This document shows, in pieces, positions 61,670-64,000 of a stretch of 64,000 nt of DNA. Within the stretch, counting starts at the first letter, position 1, and every line of letters begins with the position of its first letter. The position numbers were made by a program, and so were the translations under genes. Source of the DNA: Ostrea edulis (taxonomy: Eukaryota); contig NC_079166.1 of assembly GCF_947568905.1 (NCBI RefSeq), positions 14,384,001 through 14,448,000 of the forward strand, in the 5' to 3' direction. The notes under the pieces were generated by a model, which saw only the letters and a program-made list of their open reading frames with translations, did not search any database and was not told the origin of the DNA.

Positions 61670-63543
61670 GTTTTTAAAGGAAAATGTATTTCTACAACAC
61701 CGCTTATATCATAGCGGCGTTGTTCCTGGCATATTTTTGTATCTACTATTAGGGAATTAATAGCTGTAGCATTGATTTACACTTATCGGTAGCGTCAGTA
61801 TTTTACCGAGTACTTATCAGTAAATATCAACATCTCGCAGTATCAACAGAAATTACTATCATTGCTACCAACTGTAGAAATATGTTATTGTAAGAAGTTA
61901 TCAGTACCAAAAATACGCAATATCAGTGATTATCAAAATTAAATGACATCCTCAATACTTCTTTTCATCCAGTGCTGGACGTAAAGAGCCGTACCCTTTT
62001 ATATATAATTAAAACCTATATTCAAAATTGATTAATGTAACGTCCTTGTAAATAAGATGTGATAATTCCATTAGTGATCATGTTTTAACTACATATTACA
62101 ACAAGTGTTCAAATCGCGATAAAGATGTACATTAGATTTCCGATGCTTTGCATTGTAAATACTTGAAATGAATTGTATACCATCTAGTTCGTCAATACAA
62201 CCTCGCATTGGGTCAAATGTTGTCTGACGTGTTTCATACCGATTGTTAAGCCGTTCTTGGCACACTGATTTGACTGCGGATAACTCCGTTTACCTGATCA
62301 GGACATGGGGCTCACGGCGGGTGTGACCGGTCAACAGGGGATGCTTACTCCTCCTAGGCACCTGATCCCACCTCTGGTGTGTCCAGGGGTCCGTGTTTGC
62401 CCAACTATCTATTTTGTATTGCTTGTAGGAGTTATGAGATTGATCACTGTTCGTTATCGTCACCTTGCATACCACATATGCCTCAACTAAATATGGTTTA
62501 TTTTCAGTAAAAAGTGACAACAGTTCTTCAACGTAAGTAGCAGTACATGAAATGTCAATATCAGAAATATGTCATCATTAATGCATACAGAAAGGTGTAT
62601 ATTTACATGTCTGTCCAAAAGACTCCGGCCGAAATAGTGTGACTTTGTCTTCTATCCTGTGTTTTATTCCTTAATCATAATGTATACTAAATTCTTTATA
62701 TATCGTTATGTTCCTCACCACGGTCTTAAAACAATGTTTATTTTTACTTGCGACTTTAATGATCTAAGTTACGTTGTCTACTTTCAAGAGATGACAACAT
62801 TTCTATCGGAAAACTTACACTAAACTAGTTTGATATCATTCGATATTTGGAAAAATGTAATAAAGGATATATATATATATTGGTACCAAAATTCAAGTTT
62901 TACATTATGACCCCTGGGTCTCTACAGCCCAGTAGCTAAGTACTTCGTTACTAGCTTGAAAATATTTAATTGCTGTTGCAAAATTTAGAAATTCATTTCA
63001 AAATTAAGGATTATCTCCCTCACGCATAGCTCTTATCCTTGAACGAATTTGACTCCACCTTTTTGGCACACTGTTTTTGCCTATAATATCTCTAAAACGT
63101 CATAGTTATTTCGGATTTCAAACATTTCGGTTGCGCATCACTGAAGAGACATAATTTGTCGAAATGCGCATCTGGTGCATCAAAATTGGTACCGTATAAG
63201 TTTTACATACATTATAGATATGAAAAGATCTTATATATATGTAAATGTGTACAAATCGAAATAACGTTGTCCTTTTAGGTTGGATGTGTTGTCTGCAAAG
63301 AGACATGACGTACAGGTGACTCCCACTGCAATGGGAAATTTAGAAGGACATAGTAAACAACAGGAGCAGGTCTATGAAAACAGATTGGTGGAAACCAAAC
63401 AAGGATTAAAACAAGTGTATGAACTTAATGAAACACACATTGATGCAGCTGGAGAAATGTATGAGGCGTTGAACGCGAATGTCCAGGAACCACATATCTA
63501 TGAAGGAAAAAGTGGTTCAGGCGAACTGTACGAAGTTGTTTAA
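49052..63543 (+). CDS. Type I membrane protein with three Ig-like domains and a tyrosine-rich cytoplasmic tail, 515 aa
   Basis: Exons 49052-49118 (signal peptide MFSISSTVVITFALMTGLYGQF), 49639-49950 (D1), 51534-51673 + 52337-52568 (D2), 56466-56578 + 59441-59714 (D3), 61373-61492 (TM), 62508-62532, 63279-63543. 1548 nt, all GT-AG and phase-consistent. The Ig-like assignment rests on Cys spacing and phase-1 domain boundaries. Confidence 0.82.
50193..50443 (-). mobile_element. SINE-like element, second family, full length with 12-bp TSD
   Basis: Direct repeat caatcagaatga at 50181-50192 and 50444-50455; microsatellite tail. Confidence 0.82.
50947..51300 (-). mobile_element. 3' fragment of the PLE-like family
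   Basis: Reverse complement of the shared 3' region plus RT C-terminus. Confidence 0.82.
53540..53910 (+). mobile_element. 3' fragment of the PLE-like family
   Basis: GFQQSRLKSAFRKFYGHYNDL codons followed by the 3' region. Confidence 0.85.
54680..55405 (-). mobile_element. Penelope-like RT fragment plus 3' end
   Basis: [46 protein letters not shown]; a partial duplicate lies at ~55575-55720. Confidence 0.88.
56154..56395 (+). repeat. 40-bp tandem repeat, 6 copies
   Basis: Unit cacggagcgatgaatgcttt(g/a)ggagtatagtagtacg(c/t)(c/t)t. Confidence 0.92.
57330..57570 (-). mobile_element. 3' fragment of the PLE-like family
   Basis: Reverse complement of the shared 3' region; an extra terminal stub lies at ~57215-57245. 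Confidence 0.82.
59930..60720 (+). mobile_element. Highly decayed PLE-like RT plus 3' end
   Basis: cagatcttccaacagtctgttggaattcccat (QIFQQSVGIP), SYLDI remnant, degenerate 3' region with a ~30-bp duplication. Confidence 0.7.
60815..61060 (-). mobile_element. 3' fragment of the PLE-like family
   Basis: Reverse complement of the shared 3' region. Confidence 0.82.
61373..61492 (+). CDS. Transmembrane exon of the Ig-like receptor
   Basis: YVYVATAMMVVGVASLIAGVIACC followed by basic KVKQR; donor gtaagt. Confidence 0.88.
62180..62470 (+). mobile_element. 3' fragment of the PLE-like family
   Basis: Near-identical to the 53625-53910 segment. Confidence 0.85.
62881..63208 (+). mobile_element. Second retrozyme-like copy with two internal deletions
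   Basis: Colinear with 2653-3033. Unit is 303 nt because of a ~37-nt deletion between two gggtc repeats and a ~11-nt deletion. Confidence 0.8.
63135..63178 (+). ncRNA. Type I hammerhead ribozyme (intact, palindromic helix III)
   Basis: GCATCA-CTGAAGA-GAC(ataattt)GTC-GAA-ATGCGCAT-C-TGGTGC; predicted cleavage after C63172. Confidence 0.88.
63279..63543 (+). CDS. Terminal exon of the Ig-like receptor, encoding five YE motifs
   Basis: VYENR, VYELN, MYEAL, IYEGK, LYEVV*; acceptor gtccttttag. Confidence 0.85.
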
Positions 63544-64000
63544 ATGTTTGAAAAGATGCGCATTATCGTGCTTTGGTGTGCTGACTTTTTTCCATCTTGC
63601 CTACCAAATGTGTAACGCTTGTAAAGGATTCAGTAGATAGAAATACGAATCATATTCAGAATCATCCATATAGCTGTAGGTTTTATAATGTAGATTTGTT
63701 TATCTGTTCATCAACGACATGTTTATGAAACATGAACCATACAAATATTATTTTATGCAATATTTAACTAAACAAAAACCGCCATTGCCAGGACTTTCAC
63801 ATATGTAGATCCTTTTCAATATTATCTATCTTTTTATTCTGAAAATATTGACTTTATTTGAATGTTCAAAGTTTTCGCGTTTTTTAAGAGTATGCAAATA
63901 CTTCTGTCATACTATCAGCTGTAATGTGCACTTGTTTTTGGTCAACTTTTAAGACTGTACTTGACACGATGGCTACCTAAAACCTATTGATGTTTGATGA

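Overview
AT-rich eukaryotic DNA, most likely a bivalve mollusc, probably an oyster (inferred from the repeat families and protein sequences, not verified). I reconstructed three multi-exon genes by hand, checking splice sites and reading-frame phase. (1) A minus-strand adhesion GPCR of at least 26 exons (3190-28498): ~520-aa Thr/Pro mucin stalk, Ig-like domains, HormR, GAIN/GPS (HL|TSFAILM), 7TM and a C-terminal PDZ-type motif. One intron needs a GC donor and the 5' end is unresolved. (2) NDUFB8 on the plus strand (5 exons, 35088-44858, 197 aa). (3) A plus-strand single-pass receptor with three Ig-like domains (9 exons, 49052-63543, 515 aa) and five Tyr-Glu motifs in its tail. About 20 decayed Penelope-like RT/3'-end fragments, two SINE families, MITEs, Merlin and Tc1 transposase remnants, tandem arrays and one N gap fill the introns and intergenic space. 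The most notable observations are these. Two copies of a ~350-nt retrozyme-like element carry a type I hammerhead ribozyme; the intact copy is sense-oriented in the receptor's last intron, ~106 nt before the signalling-tail exon. NDUFB8 exon 4 is flanked by tandem arrays that amplify its own acceptor (11 units) and donor (about 85 units). A 25-nt micro-exon sets the reading frame of the receptor's tyrosine-rich tail. Repeat boundaries are approximate unless TSDs are given.
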